A DNA stretch of 64,000 nucleotides, from NCBI GenBank assembly GCA_965140595.1, contig OZ223274.1:1806856-1870855 (forward strand). The letters are read 5' to 3'. Source of the DNA: an uncultured Sphaerochaeta sp. Its GTDB lineage: Bacteria; Spirochaetota; Spirochaetia; Sphaerochaetales; Sphaerochaetaceae. Shown one piece after another: positions 37,623 to 47,089 of the stretch. Numbering within the stretch: position 1 is the first letter of the stretch; each line of letters begins with the position of its first letter. The notes below the pieces were generated by a model. It saw only the letters and a program-made list of their open reading frames with translations, searched no databases and was not told the DNA's origin. The position numbers and the translations under genes were made by a program.

Positions 37623-38876
37623 TTGAGATTTGCTTTCCTCCTAGCAATGAAGAACCTCTCTCGTTACAAGAGGCGAACCTTCATCACAGCCGTAGCCATT
37701 GCCTTTGGTCTTGCGATGTATATCATAGTTGACTCCTTGATATTGGGAATGGAACAGGAGTCCATACGCAACCTACTCTGGTATGAGACCTCTTCGATAA
37801 GGATTCATACACCACAGTACTGGCCAGATCATCAGCTCTATCCTTTGGAACAGGGGATACAGAAGCCAGAAAACATACTGAAGATTCTCAAGGATGAAGG
37901 TTGGACAGCAACAGGGCGTACCATGTTTACAGGTGATATGATCCTCTATAGCGATGACTTTGGAGAAGACGGGAACATGAGCGTCCTGGTCACTGCCATT
38001 GACCCTGAAACTGATAATGACGTATTCCATTTTGAGGACACCCTTATCGACGGCAGACTCCTCAACATCAATGATGTGGAGGGGATTCTCATGGGATCGT
38101 GGTTTGCTCAGGATATCGGTGCAAAGGTCGGCTACTGGATAACCATAGTCACCCGAGGCAATGGAGGGTTCTTTGGAGCCATTGACTTACAGATTGTAGG
38201 AATCGTCAACTGTCCCAATCCCAATGTAAACAGAACTCTCCTTATGATGAACAAGAATAGTGCAGACACTCTGTTAGGCATGGAGGGATCAGTGACAGAA
38301 ATCGATGTCAGACTACCCCTACAAGCTGATGTTGATGTGGCTGTTGAAAGATTGCAAAAGACCCTGAATACTGATTTTGACCTTGAGGCAAGAAACTGGA
38401 AAGCCCTAGCCAAGGATTACCTCTCAGCATTGGAAGCAGATAAAGGAGGCTCAGCCATAATCCTCTTTCTGGTCTTCATCATAGCTGCAGTGGGAATATC
38501 CAATACGATGCTCATGTCCATGTATGAACGGACACGGGAATTGGGGATGATGAGAGCTTTGGGAATGAAAGACAGTCATATCCTTCTCTCCTTCTTGTTT
38601 GAAGCTGGAGGCATCGGATTTGTAGGATCTGTCATCGGCCTTGTATTGGGGGCTTTGGGTAATCTCTATATGGTCAATGTAGGCATTGATTTTGGGTTTG
38701 TCATGCGCGATATGGATATTGGCTATAGGATTCAAAGTATTATGCGCGGCACTTGGAATCTCCGATCTTTCTCCCTGGCAGCGGCTTCTGGAATCATCCT
38801 CTCGATGATTGTTGCCTGGCTTCCTATCAGACGTTCCCTAAAAATGGATATTCCTTCTTGCTTACGTCACCAATAG
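37623..38876 (+). CDS. ABC transporter permease, FtsX-type (duplicate of 33236..34495, about 75% identical)
   Basis: The TTG start at 37623 follows an AAGGAGA RBS and gives the N-terminus LRFAFLLAMKNL, parallel to [12 protein letters not shown] in the paralog. Confidence 0.75.
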   Translation: MRFAFLLAMKNLSRYKRRTFITAVAIAFGLAMYIIVDSLILGMEQESIRNLLWYETSSIRIHTPQYWPDHQLYPLEQGIQKPENILKILKDEGWTATGRTMFTGDMILYSDDFGEDGNMSVLVTAIDPETDNDVFHFEDTLIDGRLLNINDVEGILMGSWFAQDIGAKVGYWITIVTRGNGGFFGAIDLQIVGIVNCPNPNVNRTLLMMNKNSADTLLGMEGSVTEIDVRLPLQADVDVAVERLQKTLNTDFDLEARNWKALAKDYLSALEADKGGSAIILFLVFIIAAVGISNTMLMSMYERTRELGMMRALGMKDSHILLSFLFEAGGIGFVGSVIGLVLGALGNLYMVNVGIDFGFVMRDMDIGYRIQSIMRGTWNLRSFSLAAASGIILSMIVAWLPIRRSLKMDIPSCLRHQ

Positions 38877-38941
38877 GTGAGTATCATAAGGGCAATACTC
38901 CATCATAGAGAAAAATATGAAAACTACAGAGGAAAGACCTC

Positions 38942-39685
38942 ATGGAATTTATAACCCTTACCCCAGAGAACTTAGAGCAAGAACACATCTGCTGTGCAAT
39001 TGCCGATAAAAAACACCAACGGGGAGTTGAAGAAAAAAAAGCTTGGCTTGCAGAAAGGCTTACAGAAGGACACATATTCAGGAAACTGAATACCCGGGGT
39101 AAGGTTTTCATCGAGTATACCCCACTAGAAAATGCATGGGTACCTGTCATAGGTGACAACTTTCTCTATATACACTGTCTCTGGGTTTCCGGCAGTTTCA
39201 AAGGCAAGGGATATGCACAAGAGTTGTTGGCCTCATGTATTGCCGATGCCAAAGAGCAAAAACGATCGGGAGTATGTGTAATCAGTGCAAAGAAAAAGAA
39301 ACCCTTTTTGAGCGACAAGGCCTTTATGATCAAGCATGGCTTTGAAACAGTCGATCATATTGGAAAAGAATATGAGCTCTTGGCCTTTTCTTTTGATGGA
39401 ACCAAGCCTCAGTTTGCAGAATCGGCAAGAGAACAAAGCATAGCGAACCAGGACTTGACCATCTATTACGGATTGCAATGTCCGTACATCCCCAATTGCC
39501 TTCATGAAGTTCAAGCTTACTGCGAAGCCAATGGGGTTACGGTAAATTTGGTGAAGGTTGATACCCTGCAAAAGGCAAAAGCCATGCCCTGTGTATTCAA
39601 CAACTGGGCAGTGTTCTATCACGGGAAGTTTGAAACAGTGCATCTGCTAAACGAAGGCTATCTCAAGAAAAAGCTTGGTATATGA
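38942..39685 (+). CDS. GNAT N-acetyltransferase with a YoaP-like C-terminal domain
   Basis: It has an N-terminal GNAT core and a C-terminal YoaP-type extension (IYYGLQCPY..C). Confidence 0.55.
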   Translation: MEFITLTPENLEQEHICCAIADKKHQRGVEEKKAWLAERLTEGHIFRKLNTRGKVFIEYTPLENAWVPVIGDNFLYIHCLWVSGSFKGKGYAQELLASCIADAKEQKRSGVCVISAKKKKPFLSDKAFMIKHGFETVDHIGKEYELLAFSFDGTKPQFAESAREQSIANQDLTIYYGLQCPYIPNCLHEVQAYCEANGVTVNLVKVDTLQKAKAMPCVFNNWAVFYHGKFETVHLLNEGYLKKKLGI

Positions 39686-39720
39686 CCTTTTCGATTCTTC
39701 TGCATCCTACCCCTCTCCTA

Positions 39721-40422
39721 TCAGAGAATCTCCCCTTCTGAAGAAAGCATGACTACCGCAATTGGTAAAATCTTGCCTGATGCAGCAATGGCTCGTTTTA
39801 CAGCACCATCAAGGCCTCCACAACAGGGCACTTCCATCCTGACTACCGTAATACTTCTGATGTCATTGTGCTCAAAGATGAGTGCAAGCTTTTGGGCATA
39901 GTCGCCTTCATCAAGTTTGGGGCATCCGATGAGGGTTACCTTGTCCTTGATGAATGTGTTGTGAAAGTCTGCATACGCATAGGCAGAACAGTCTGCAGCA
40001 ATGAGCAAGTCACAATTCTTGAAGAAAGGGGCATTGGGTGAGGCCAGCTTGATCTGTACAGGCCACTGGCGTAACTGGCTGACAGGCTTTGTTGTAGCAT
40101 GTCCCGTAGTTTCCTCTGCTTTCTTTTCTTCAGCCTGTTCCATGACTTTCATGTGAGTACCTGGGCAACTAAAAATAGGGGCTTCTTCTCCTATCAGATG
40201 TGCAACTGCCTCATGGTTGAAGACAGGAGCTTCGCGATCTTCAAACGTGATGGCCGAGGTGGGACAAACAGGCAGACAGTTGCCCAACCCATCACAATAG
40301 TCCTCACGCAGCAAGATGGCTTTGCCGTTTTTCATCCCGATAGCGCCCTCTAGACAAGCACTTGCACACAAACCACAGCCATTACACAACTCTTCATCTA
40401 TACGTATCATCTGTCTGATCAT
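39721..40422 (-). CDS. 4Fe-4S ferredoxin-domain protein with a Cys-rich C-terminal domain
   Basis: It has two CxxCxxC(x)nCP clusters (CNGCGLCASAC, CDGLGNCLPVCP). The start is at the third ATG after a GGAGG RBS. Confidence 0.6.
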   Translation of the reverse strand: MIRQMIRIDEELCNGCGLCASACLEGAIGMKNGKAILLREDYCDGLGNCLPVCPTSAITFEDREAPVFNHEAVAHLIGEEAPIFSCPGTHMKVMEQAEEKKAEETTGHATTKPVSQLRQWPVQIKLASPNAPFFKNCDLLIAADCSAYAYADFHNTFIKDKVTLIGCPKLDEGDYAQKLALIFEHNDIRSITVVRMEVPCCGGLDGAVKRAIAASGKILPIAVVMLSSEGEIL

Positions 40423-40509
40423 CATCATCCTCCATTGTCCTACATCCATAAGCATGATACTATGGCAATAAAGTTTATTATGTTGTTTTTACAACAAAAG
40501 GACAGTTTT

Positions 40510-41175
40510 ATGGATTCTCTGCCAATTCTTGCACATAGCCTTCTTTTTGAAGGGATAAGCTTGCATGACCTCCCACACCTACTCAAGTGCCTGGAGCCCA
40601 AAGAGGTCACGTATCCTAAGGACTATACCATCATCGAGGAGGGGGATATCCTTGATGAACTGGCCCTTATCATATCAGGTTCGGTCACCATTGTTCGCCA
40701 CGATTTTTGGGGAAACCGGACTCTAGTGGCAAAATTGGGTGTAGGTGACATCTTCGCAGAGACTGTTGCATGCACAGCAGACAGGAGTGTAGCATCTGTC
40801 ATCTCAGAAGAAAAAACTGTGGTGCTCTTCCTTGGCGTAGAAAAAATAATCTCCACCTGCCCATCTGCTTGTGTGTTCCACCACGCCATCATCAAAAACA
40901 TGGTCAAGTTGTTGGCACAAAAGAATCTTTCCCTGATGCAAAAGATGAATCATATAACCAAACGAAGCACCCACGAGAAGTTGCTCTCCTTTCTCTCCGA
41001 ACAGGCTTTGAATGGAGGCAACCAGGAGTTCTCCATACCCTTTGACCGACAACAGCTTGCCGATTACCTCTGTGTGGACCGTAGTGCCATGTCCAGCTGC
41101 CTAAGCAAGATGAAAAACGAGGGACTGCTTGAATATAACAAAAGCACCTTTACTCTCAAGCAAGGGGAACAGTAG
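40510..41175 (+). CDS. Crp/Fnr-family transcriptional regulator
   Basis: It has a cNMP-binding fold and a C-terminal HTH. The start is at ATG 40510 (221 aa). Confidence 0.7.
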   Translation: MDSLPILAHSLLFEGISLHDLPHLLKCLEPKEVTYPKDYTIIEEGDILDELALIISGSVTIVRHDFWGNRTLVAKLGVGDIFAETVACTADRSVASVISEEKTVVLFLGVEKIISTCPSACVFHHAIIKNMVKLLAQKNLSLMQKMNHITKRSTHEKLLSFLSEQALNGGNQEFSIPFDRQQLADYLCVDRSAMSSCLSKMKNEGLLEYNKSTFTLKQGEQ

Positions 41176-41255
41176 CCTGCATTTTTGCTATGGCAAGCAT
41201 AGCCTGCCTGGAGTACAATTAGGCATCACAAGAATTCACTATGAATGGAGGGCTT

Positions 41256-42401
41256 ATGAAACGATTGAGAAATCTTCTACTAGTAATCTTAGTGGCCACT
41301 ATGATGATTTTCACTTCCTGTGCGACTGTTCAAGAGCAAACAGTTCCTGAAATACAGCTGCAAACTCTGGAATCAGATGTTGCAATCATCGATAAATATG
41401 GGAATCTCACCCTGGCTATGAAGGAACAACTCCTATTGGACGCTGGCTATGAGGTCGGGGATATCGTATCTATTACCGTAGGAGACTTCACCTATGAATC
41501 TCCCATTGGTACCGCCTACAGCGATGTGGATAAGGGCAACTATGTAGTAAGGCTCAACAAGGGTGCTGTTATCCTAGCCATTAACTACGGGAACCTTGCA
41601 AAAACCAGCAATGCTGTAGAAAATGCACCTGTCACTATTGCCTTGTCTGAGAAAGGTGGCTACCTACAGGAGTTTGAACTGAGGCACCTTGTACGAACTG
41701 AAGTGCGATCGGATTATGCTTCGGATGCTGTCTTTGCCAATTTCCGTATGGTCTCCTTTGGCTCGATAGCTGAGGGCATGCTCTATCGGTCAGCCAATCC
41801 CGTACTCGGTGATGAGCGGGCTCCATTCGTTGCAAAGCTAGCAGAGCTGGTTGGTATCAAAACTGTCATCAACTTGGCAGATGACAAAAAAAGCCTCTAT
41901 GCAAATCTCGATGATGCACCTTACTACAAGACCTTGGTTGATGAAGGTTCGGTCATCGCCCTGAATATGGGCGTCACTTTCACTGATCCTGATTTCATCA
42001 TCAAACTCCGCGAAGGCCTCGCTTTCATGGCTGACCACAAGGGACCCTATCTCGTGCACTGCAACGAAGGAAAGGACAGGGCAGGCTTTGTAAGTGCCCT
42101 TCTCAGTGCCATAATGGGGGCAACAGTTGATGAGGTAGTAGAGGATTATATGATCAGCTACGAAAACTATTATGGTGTGGAGAAAGGTACAGAACGTTAT
42201 GAGCTTATCAGCAAGATTATCATCAACCTCTTCTCTGATATCAACGATGGCAAGAAGGTTACTGACAAGAACATGAGAAAGGTGGCAGAATCCTATCTGC
42301 TGAACCAGGTCAAGCTCACGCCAGCACAATTACATGCTATCAAGGATAATCTTTCAGGAAAGAAAGTGAAGATCAGCGGACAAATTGTATTTGCACTCTG
42401 A
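41256..42401 (+). CDS. Lipoprotein with a protein-tyrosine/dual-specificity phosphatase-like domain
   Basis: It has a lipobox (IFTSC) and the CX5R catalytic loop HCNEGKDRAG. Confidence 0.65.
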   Translation: MKRLRNLLLVILVATMMIFTSCATVQEQTVPEIQLQTLESDVAIIDKYGNLTLAMKEQLLLDAGYEVGDIVSITVGDFTYESPIGTAYSDVDKGNYVVRLNKGAVILAINYGNLAKTSNAVENAPVTIALSEKGGYLQEFELRHLVRTEVRSDYASDAVFANFRMVSFGSIAEGMLYRSANPVLGDERAPFVAKLAELVGIKTVINLADDKKSLYANLDDAPYYKTLVDEGSVIALNMGVTFTDPDFIIKLREGLAFMADHKGPYLVHCNEGKDRAGFVSALLSAIMGATVDEVVEDYMISYENYYGVEKGTERYELISKIIINLFSDINDGKKVTDKNMRKVAESYLLNQVKLTPAQLHAIKDNLSGKKVKISGQIVFAL

Positions 42402-42490
42402 TGAAATGACAACCTTTGCAGGCAACCTCTTTAGTTGCCTGCAACCTATACGTACCATAATGCCAATGATTTGGGAATACGGGAGGCCTC

Positions 42491-42877
42491 ATGCAAGAGC
42501 AGTGCATTTTTTGTGGGATAGGTAACGATCGGATTATTGATGAGAACCCTCTTTCTTATGCAATCACAGACAATTTCCCTGTTTCAGAGGGGCATACGCT
42601 CATCATTCCCAAACGTCATGAACCAAACTACTTCCTCCTTACCAAAGAGGAAAAAAGCTCTTGTGATGAACTATTGGATAGAGCTCGAAGCCGCATCCTC
42701 TCATCAGATCCAACAGTTGAAGGGTTTAATATTGGCATCAATATAGGAGAGGTGGCTGGTCAGTCAATTTTCCACTGCCATATCCACCTCATCCCCAGGA
42801 GAAAGGGCGACACACCGAACCCCAGAGGTGGAGTTCGTCATGTCATAGCCCACAAGGGATGCTATCCTAAGGCTTGA
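42491..42877 (+). CDS. HIT-family hydrolase
   Basis: It has the histidine triad HCHIHLIP. Confidence 0.8.
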   Translation: MQEQCIFCGIGNDRIIDENPLSYAITDNFPVSEGHTLIIPKRHEPNYFLLTKEEKSSCDELLDRARSRILSSDPTVEGFNIGINIGEVAGQSIFHCHIHLIPRRKGDTPNPRGGVRHVIAHKGCYPKA

Positions 42878-43334
42878 GTACCTGAACTGGTGCTTCAAGA
42901 ATATCCAGGTTGTCACAAACAGTATCCAGGAAAAACAGACGGAGAACCTGCAGATCGAGTTTATCCTCATAAGGACCGAGATCTTCCCGGGTATCCTTGG
43001 TATACAGAAAACTTCTTAGCTCTGAAAAGTTTGCCTTTGTCTGATAATCCTGCTGCAACTCTTTCAGAGAACATCCTAACGTATGAGAAAGCGAGCGTAG
43101 ATCTTCCTGCTCAAGGGAGACAACCATCTTAAGCTTGCCATTATGGGTTACCGCCATCGCATAAGGGATAAAGACAAGGTCTTCTCCACTTTTACAGGCA
43201 GGGCTTTTAAGCATGGTACAGATAACTTCTCCACATTTCCATATTTCATCATACATAATACCATCGGTGACGTCGGGCAATGAGTGCCACATCAAGGGGT
43301 CTATCTTTTTCAGTGTCGTAATATCCAAGATCAT
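42867..43334 (-). CDS. Hypothetical protein
   Basis: The ORF has a GGAAGG RBS and the start was chosen at MILDIT. No recognisable domain was found. Confidence 0.35.
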   Translation of the reverse strand: MILDITTLKKIDPLMWHSLPDVTDGIMYDEIWKCGEVICTMLKSPACKSGEDLVFIPYAMAVTHNGKLKMVVSLEQEDLRSLSHTLGCSLKELQQDYQTKANFSELRSFLYTKDTREDLGPYEDKLDLQVLRLFFLDTVCDNLDILEAPVQVLKP

Positions 43335-43430
43335 ACAATCCTTCCTATGCAAGGTAGCTCATCCTTAATTGTATAGGGAAAAGCGATTTTTGCTATTGAC
43401 TGACTAGTAACAAGACTTTATCGTATCTTT

Positions 43431-44237
43431 ATGAATAATCCAATAGCCATGGCCTTAGTGGCCACACTCGGAACTTGGGGAATGACTGCTTTGGGAGCAG
43501 CTCTTGTATTCTTTTTCAAAACCATTAAAGATCATGTGATGAACACCATGTTGGGTTTCGCAAGCGGTGTCATGATTGCAGCTAGCTTCTGGTCTTTGCT
43601 TGCCCCTGCCATAGACATGGCTCAAGAGGGTCCGGTTCCAGCCTATTTGGTTGCAACAATCGGTTTTCTGTTGGGTGGTGCTTTCCTCTGGCTCAGTGAC
43701 AGGCTCCTTCCCCATGCCCACTTTGGCTCTGTGCCCGGTGAGACTGAAGGCATCCCTACCCACTTGCGCCGAAGCATCCTCTTGGTCCTCTCCATCACCT
43801 TGCACAATATCCCCGAAGGGCTAGCCGTCGGGGTTGCCTTCGGAGCTGCCGCGTTATCATCAGAGCCCAATGCGTATTTGGGTGCTATTGCAGTAGCAAT
43901 TGGTATTGGATTACAGAACTTCCCTGAAGGGGCCGCGGTATCCATACCCCTCAGAAGGGAAAATCTCAGCAGGTTCAGAAGTTTCATGTATGGCCAGGCT
44001 TCAGGGCTTGTGGAGCCCATAGCAGGAGTCTTGGGTGCATTGTTAGTTATCCAAGTGCAAGCAATACTGCCCTATGCCCTCGCTTTTGCAGCAGGGGCTA
44101 TGATCTACGTAGTTGTTGAAGAGCTCGTCCCTGCAGCTCAGGGCGACTCTGACGATCACAGTGCAACACACTATGCCACAATCGGGACCATGATAGGCTT
44201 CACGGTCATGATGATGCTGGATGTGGGCTTGAGTTAA
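43431..44237 (+). CDS. zupT: ZIP-family zinc transporter ZupT
   Basis: It has the signature HNIPEGLAVG, 8 TM and is 268 aa. Confidence 0.8.
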   Translation: MNNPIAMALVATLGTWGMTALGAALVFFFKTIKDHVMNTMLGFASGVMIAASFWSLLAPAIDMAQEGPVPAYLVATIGFLLGGAFLWLSDRLLPHAHFGSVPGETEGIPTHLRRSILLVLSITLHNIPEGLAVGVAFGAAALSSEPNAYLGAIAVAIGIGLQNFPEGAAVSIPLRRENLSRFRSFMYGQASGLVEPIAGVLGALLVIQVQAILPYALAFAAGAMIYVVVEELVPAAQGDSDDHSATHYATIGTMIGFTVMMMLDVGLS

Positions 44238-44238
44238 T

Positions 44239-45480
44239 TTAGATTCTTTGTAAGAGGTTTTCGATAGTAAGGTTTCCCAAAGAGGAGACACCCCGAGCCT
44301 GAACCTGACTAGCTATAGCTTCCCCTGCAGTATCACGTTCATCTATCTCTATGGTATTCAGGCCATAGAGTGAATTTACCAGGTCCTGTACCTTGAGATT
44401 CTCCAAAGGTTGCATGGGGATAAACATCGTGTTGCCGTTGTTTGTGGGGGTGATGAATTTCAATTGTGTCAGCAACTCCAAGAATCCATTGAGTCGCCGA
44501 TCTGGGATGGCCAGACGATCCATCATCTCCTTGGTGGTGGTAGAACCTCCCCCATTGCGAAAATTACTGCCAATGAGCATCATGATATTGATCCCTTCGC
44601 AAAGCTGTAATGCCGGACTCTGGGGAAGGCCTTTGTATACCTGGATATCGGGGCGAAACTGGTGTACGTACGCCAGTTCGATACAATAGAAAACAATAAC
44701 CCAAAACACATAAAAAAGCACAAGAAAAAGGAATACGATGGCAAGAGAGCCATAGATTACCGAATATCTGGCTGCCATACTGGAAAGCAAGAACAGAAAC
44801 TTGCTGAACACCATGAGAAACAAAGCGCCTGTGACAGAACCAAGTATAGCAGAGGAGAAACGAACCTTGGTATTGGGTACAAAATACGTAAGCATGAAAA
44901 GGATGACCCAAGAAATGATTATTGGGGCGACCACCCCCACTATTCTGGACCAAAGTGCAACAGATGCACCAATAAGGTTCAGATACCAGGAGTTCACCAC
45001 CGATTGGAGGCTGATGTAAGCAGCACCAAGTAAACAGGCGACGATAAGGAATGTCACGGAATTGGCCAAACGTTTGAGCGAGTTCCTGTTGGGGGTAGTG
45101 CGATAGATATGGTTGATGACTATCCAGACCTTATTGATCAGAAGCACCATGGTAATAAGAAAGGAAATCAGCCCTACAACCCCCAGGCTTGTTGCATTGG
45201 TCGTATAGAGGTTTAACAGGTCCATCAGCTGAAGCCCACCTTCAGGACCAACAATCTCTACAAGCCACTGCCGGAGCAGATCGACAAGTGGCTCAAGAAC
45301 ACCAAAAGCACTGAAGAAAGTGAAGATGAAGGTGACAGCAGGGACAAAAGCCATCAAGGAGGAATAGACCATACTTGATGCCGATTGCATCACATCGTCC
45401 CTAAGCGCTTGATTTGAAGCAAGGGAAGCGAGTTTCAATGATGCTAGAATCTGTTTTCTTATGATACGGATAAGAGCCAT
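44239..45480 (-). CDS. YihY/BrkB-family membrane protein with a C-terminal soluble extension
   Basis: It has a polytopic N-terminal about 280 aa with the YihY pattern and about a 120-aa tail. Confidence 0.55.
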   Translation of the reverse strand: MALIRIIRKQILASLKLASLASNQALRDDVMQSASSMVYSSLMAFVPAVTFIFTFFSAFGVLEPLVDLLRQWLVEIVGPEGGLQLMDLLNLYTTNATSLGVVGLISFLITMVLLINKVWIVINHIYRTTPNRNSLKRLANSVTFLIVACLLGAAYISLQSVVNSWYLNLIGASVALWSRIVGVVAPIIISWVILFMLTYFVPNTKVRFSSAILGSVTGALFLMVFSKFLFLLSSMAARYSVIYGSLAIVFLFLVLFYVFWVIVFYCIELAYVHQFRPDIQVYKGLPQSPALQLCEGINIMMLIGSNFRNGGGSTTTKEMMDRLAIPDRRLNGFLELLTQLKFITPTNNGNTMFIPMQPLENLKVQDLVNSLYGLNTIEIDERDTAGEAIASQVQARGVSSLGNLTIENLLQRI

Positions 45481-45484
45481 GCTA

Positions 45485-46411
45485 CTACACTTGATCCATG
45501 ATCCATGAGGTAAGGTACTTCATGGTGGTTTCCCTGTCTGTCTCATTCAGAAGCTCATGTCTTGCTCCGTCAACCAGATGCAGGGTGAGATCCTCAATAC
45601 CAGCCTGCTTGTAAAAATCATAGACCTTTACCAATCCTTTGCCATAGTTTCCTACAGGATCCATACTTCCACTAATGATAAGAATTGGCAGGTCGTTATG
45701 CAGATGTTTTGCCCGTTCACTGCTGTTGGCATAGCCAATACCTTCCAGCATATCCTCAAAAAACTTTGCAGTGCAGACAAACCCACAAAGCGGATCATCA
45801 TCATACTTCTGCACCTCTTTCTCATCACGGCTAAGCCAGGCAAAGACTGAAGAGGCATCTGGTATCTGTTTGTTATAGGAGCCGAAGCTCATCTTATTCA
45901 GTTGGGCATCGACAAACTTCGAACCATGTTTCTTCACATGTGATCGTGCAATCATGCCCCCTATCTTGCCTAGGATTCCCATCGAAGCGCCTGTTCCCAT
46001 CATGATGACCCCATCATAGAGATCAGGGGTATCCGTAATAATGGTTCTGGCCAAGAAGGATCCCATGCTGTGTCCCATCAAAAAGAAGGGTGTTTTGGGA
46101 TATTCAGAAGAGATTAGATTGGAGAGTTCCTTTGAATCTTCAGCTACACGCATCCACCCGTCGCTCTCAGCAAACCAACCAAGAGTCTCTTCAGCTTTCG
46201 TCGCAGTAAGACCATGACCTCGATGGTCCTGGGCATAGAGAGCTATGCCCTCCTTGTTGAGGTAACGAGCAAATCTATCATAGCGTTGGCTATATTCAGC
46301 CATTCCATGGAGAAGGTGTACCACAGCTTTTACAGGACTCCCTTCTGGAATCCATGCATGATAGTACAACACGTGAGAGTCACTACAGGTCAATTCCCTG
46401 ATTTCAGACAT
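45485..46411 (-). CDS. Alpha/beta hydrolase (lysophospholipase/monoacylglycerol lipase-like)
   Basis: It has the GHSMGS nucleophile elbow and an HGMAEYS motif. The start is at ATG 46411 after an AGGAGG RBS. Confidence 0.7.
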   Translation of the reverse strand: MSEIRELTCSDSHVLYYHAWIPEGSPVKAVVHLLHGMAEYSQRYDRFARYLNKEGIALYAQDHRGHGLTATKAEETLGWFAESDGWMRVAEDSKELSNLISSEYPKTPFFLMGHSMGSFLARTIITDTPDLYDGVIMMGTGASMGILGKIGGMIARSHVKKHGSKFVDAQLNKMSFGSYNKQIPDASSVFAWLSRDEKEVQKYDDDPLCGFVCTAKFFEDMLEGIGYANSSERAKHLHNDLPILIISGSMDPVGNYGKGLVKVYDFYKQAGIEDLTLHLVDGARHELLNETDRETTMKYLTSWIMDQV

Positions 46412-46543
46412 ACGCTCCCTCCTAAATGTACAATTCCTATATAATTTCAATGTTATTCTACCAGTAATGTAGCTTACTAACAAGAATATCCTACTTCAAT
46501 AGGGTAAATTCACAACGATGTTCTTTTATGATAGTATGAAGAT

Positions 46544-47089
46544 ATGGATACTATCATCTTTGGATCAGATTTGCACGGCTCCTTGCCAGCACTTACCTCA
46601 CTCCTCGAGAAAGCAGAGAAACTTCATGCCTCAAGGCTCTTGCTGGGAGGGGATCTCTGTCCTCCTGAAAACAATCTCTTCAATATTGCCCTTGCCAACA
46701 GTACAATGGAAATCCTACATGTCAGGGGGAATTGTGATACTGCATACGACTTTGCGAAAGCCCAATTGCCTCTTCCCCCCCTTATCCACAAAGTCTTATT
46801 TGGAGAAAGGACCATCTTGCTTACCCATGGGGATAGATACCCTTCTCCCTATGGCCTTGGGCTAAGAAAAGGTGACATCTTTATTTCTGGGCACACCCAT
46901 ACTCCACAACTGCATACTGACGCCATGGGCATCATATGCGTCAACCCAGGATCGACAACCTTTCCAAGAAATATTCTCGGCCCCACCTATGGGATCATTG
47001 ACAGCAACGGCATCAGAATACTCTCCCTGAAGGATGATGTCTGCATAACAGAGCTGTCGACTTACTCAATGCCCCGCAAAGACCAGTAG
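46544..47089 (+). CDS. Metallophosphoesterase (YfcE-like)
   Basis: It has the motifs GSDLHG, GGD, GNCD, THGD and GHTH. Confidence 0.75.
   Translation: MDTIIFGSDLHGSLPALTSLLEKAEKLHASRLLLGGDLCPPENNLFNIALANSTMEILHVRGNCDTAYDFAKAQLPLPPLIHKVLFGERTILLTHGDRYPSPYGLGLRKGDIFISGHTHTPQLHTDAMGIICVNPGSTTFPRNILGPTYGIIDSNGIRILSLKDDVCITELSTYSMPRKDQ

Noticed and set aside
43353-43430. A copy of the znuA promoter palindrome upstream of zupT.
   Set aside because: No TTTGCA-An-TGCAAA-like element is present there. There is only a weak TTGACT...TATCGT promoter-like pair.
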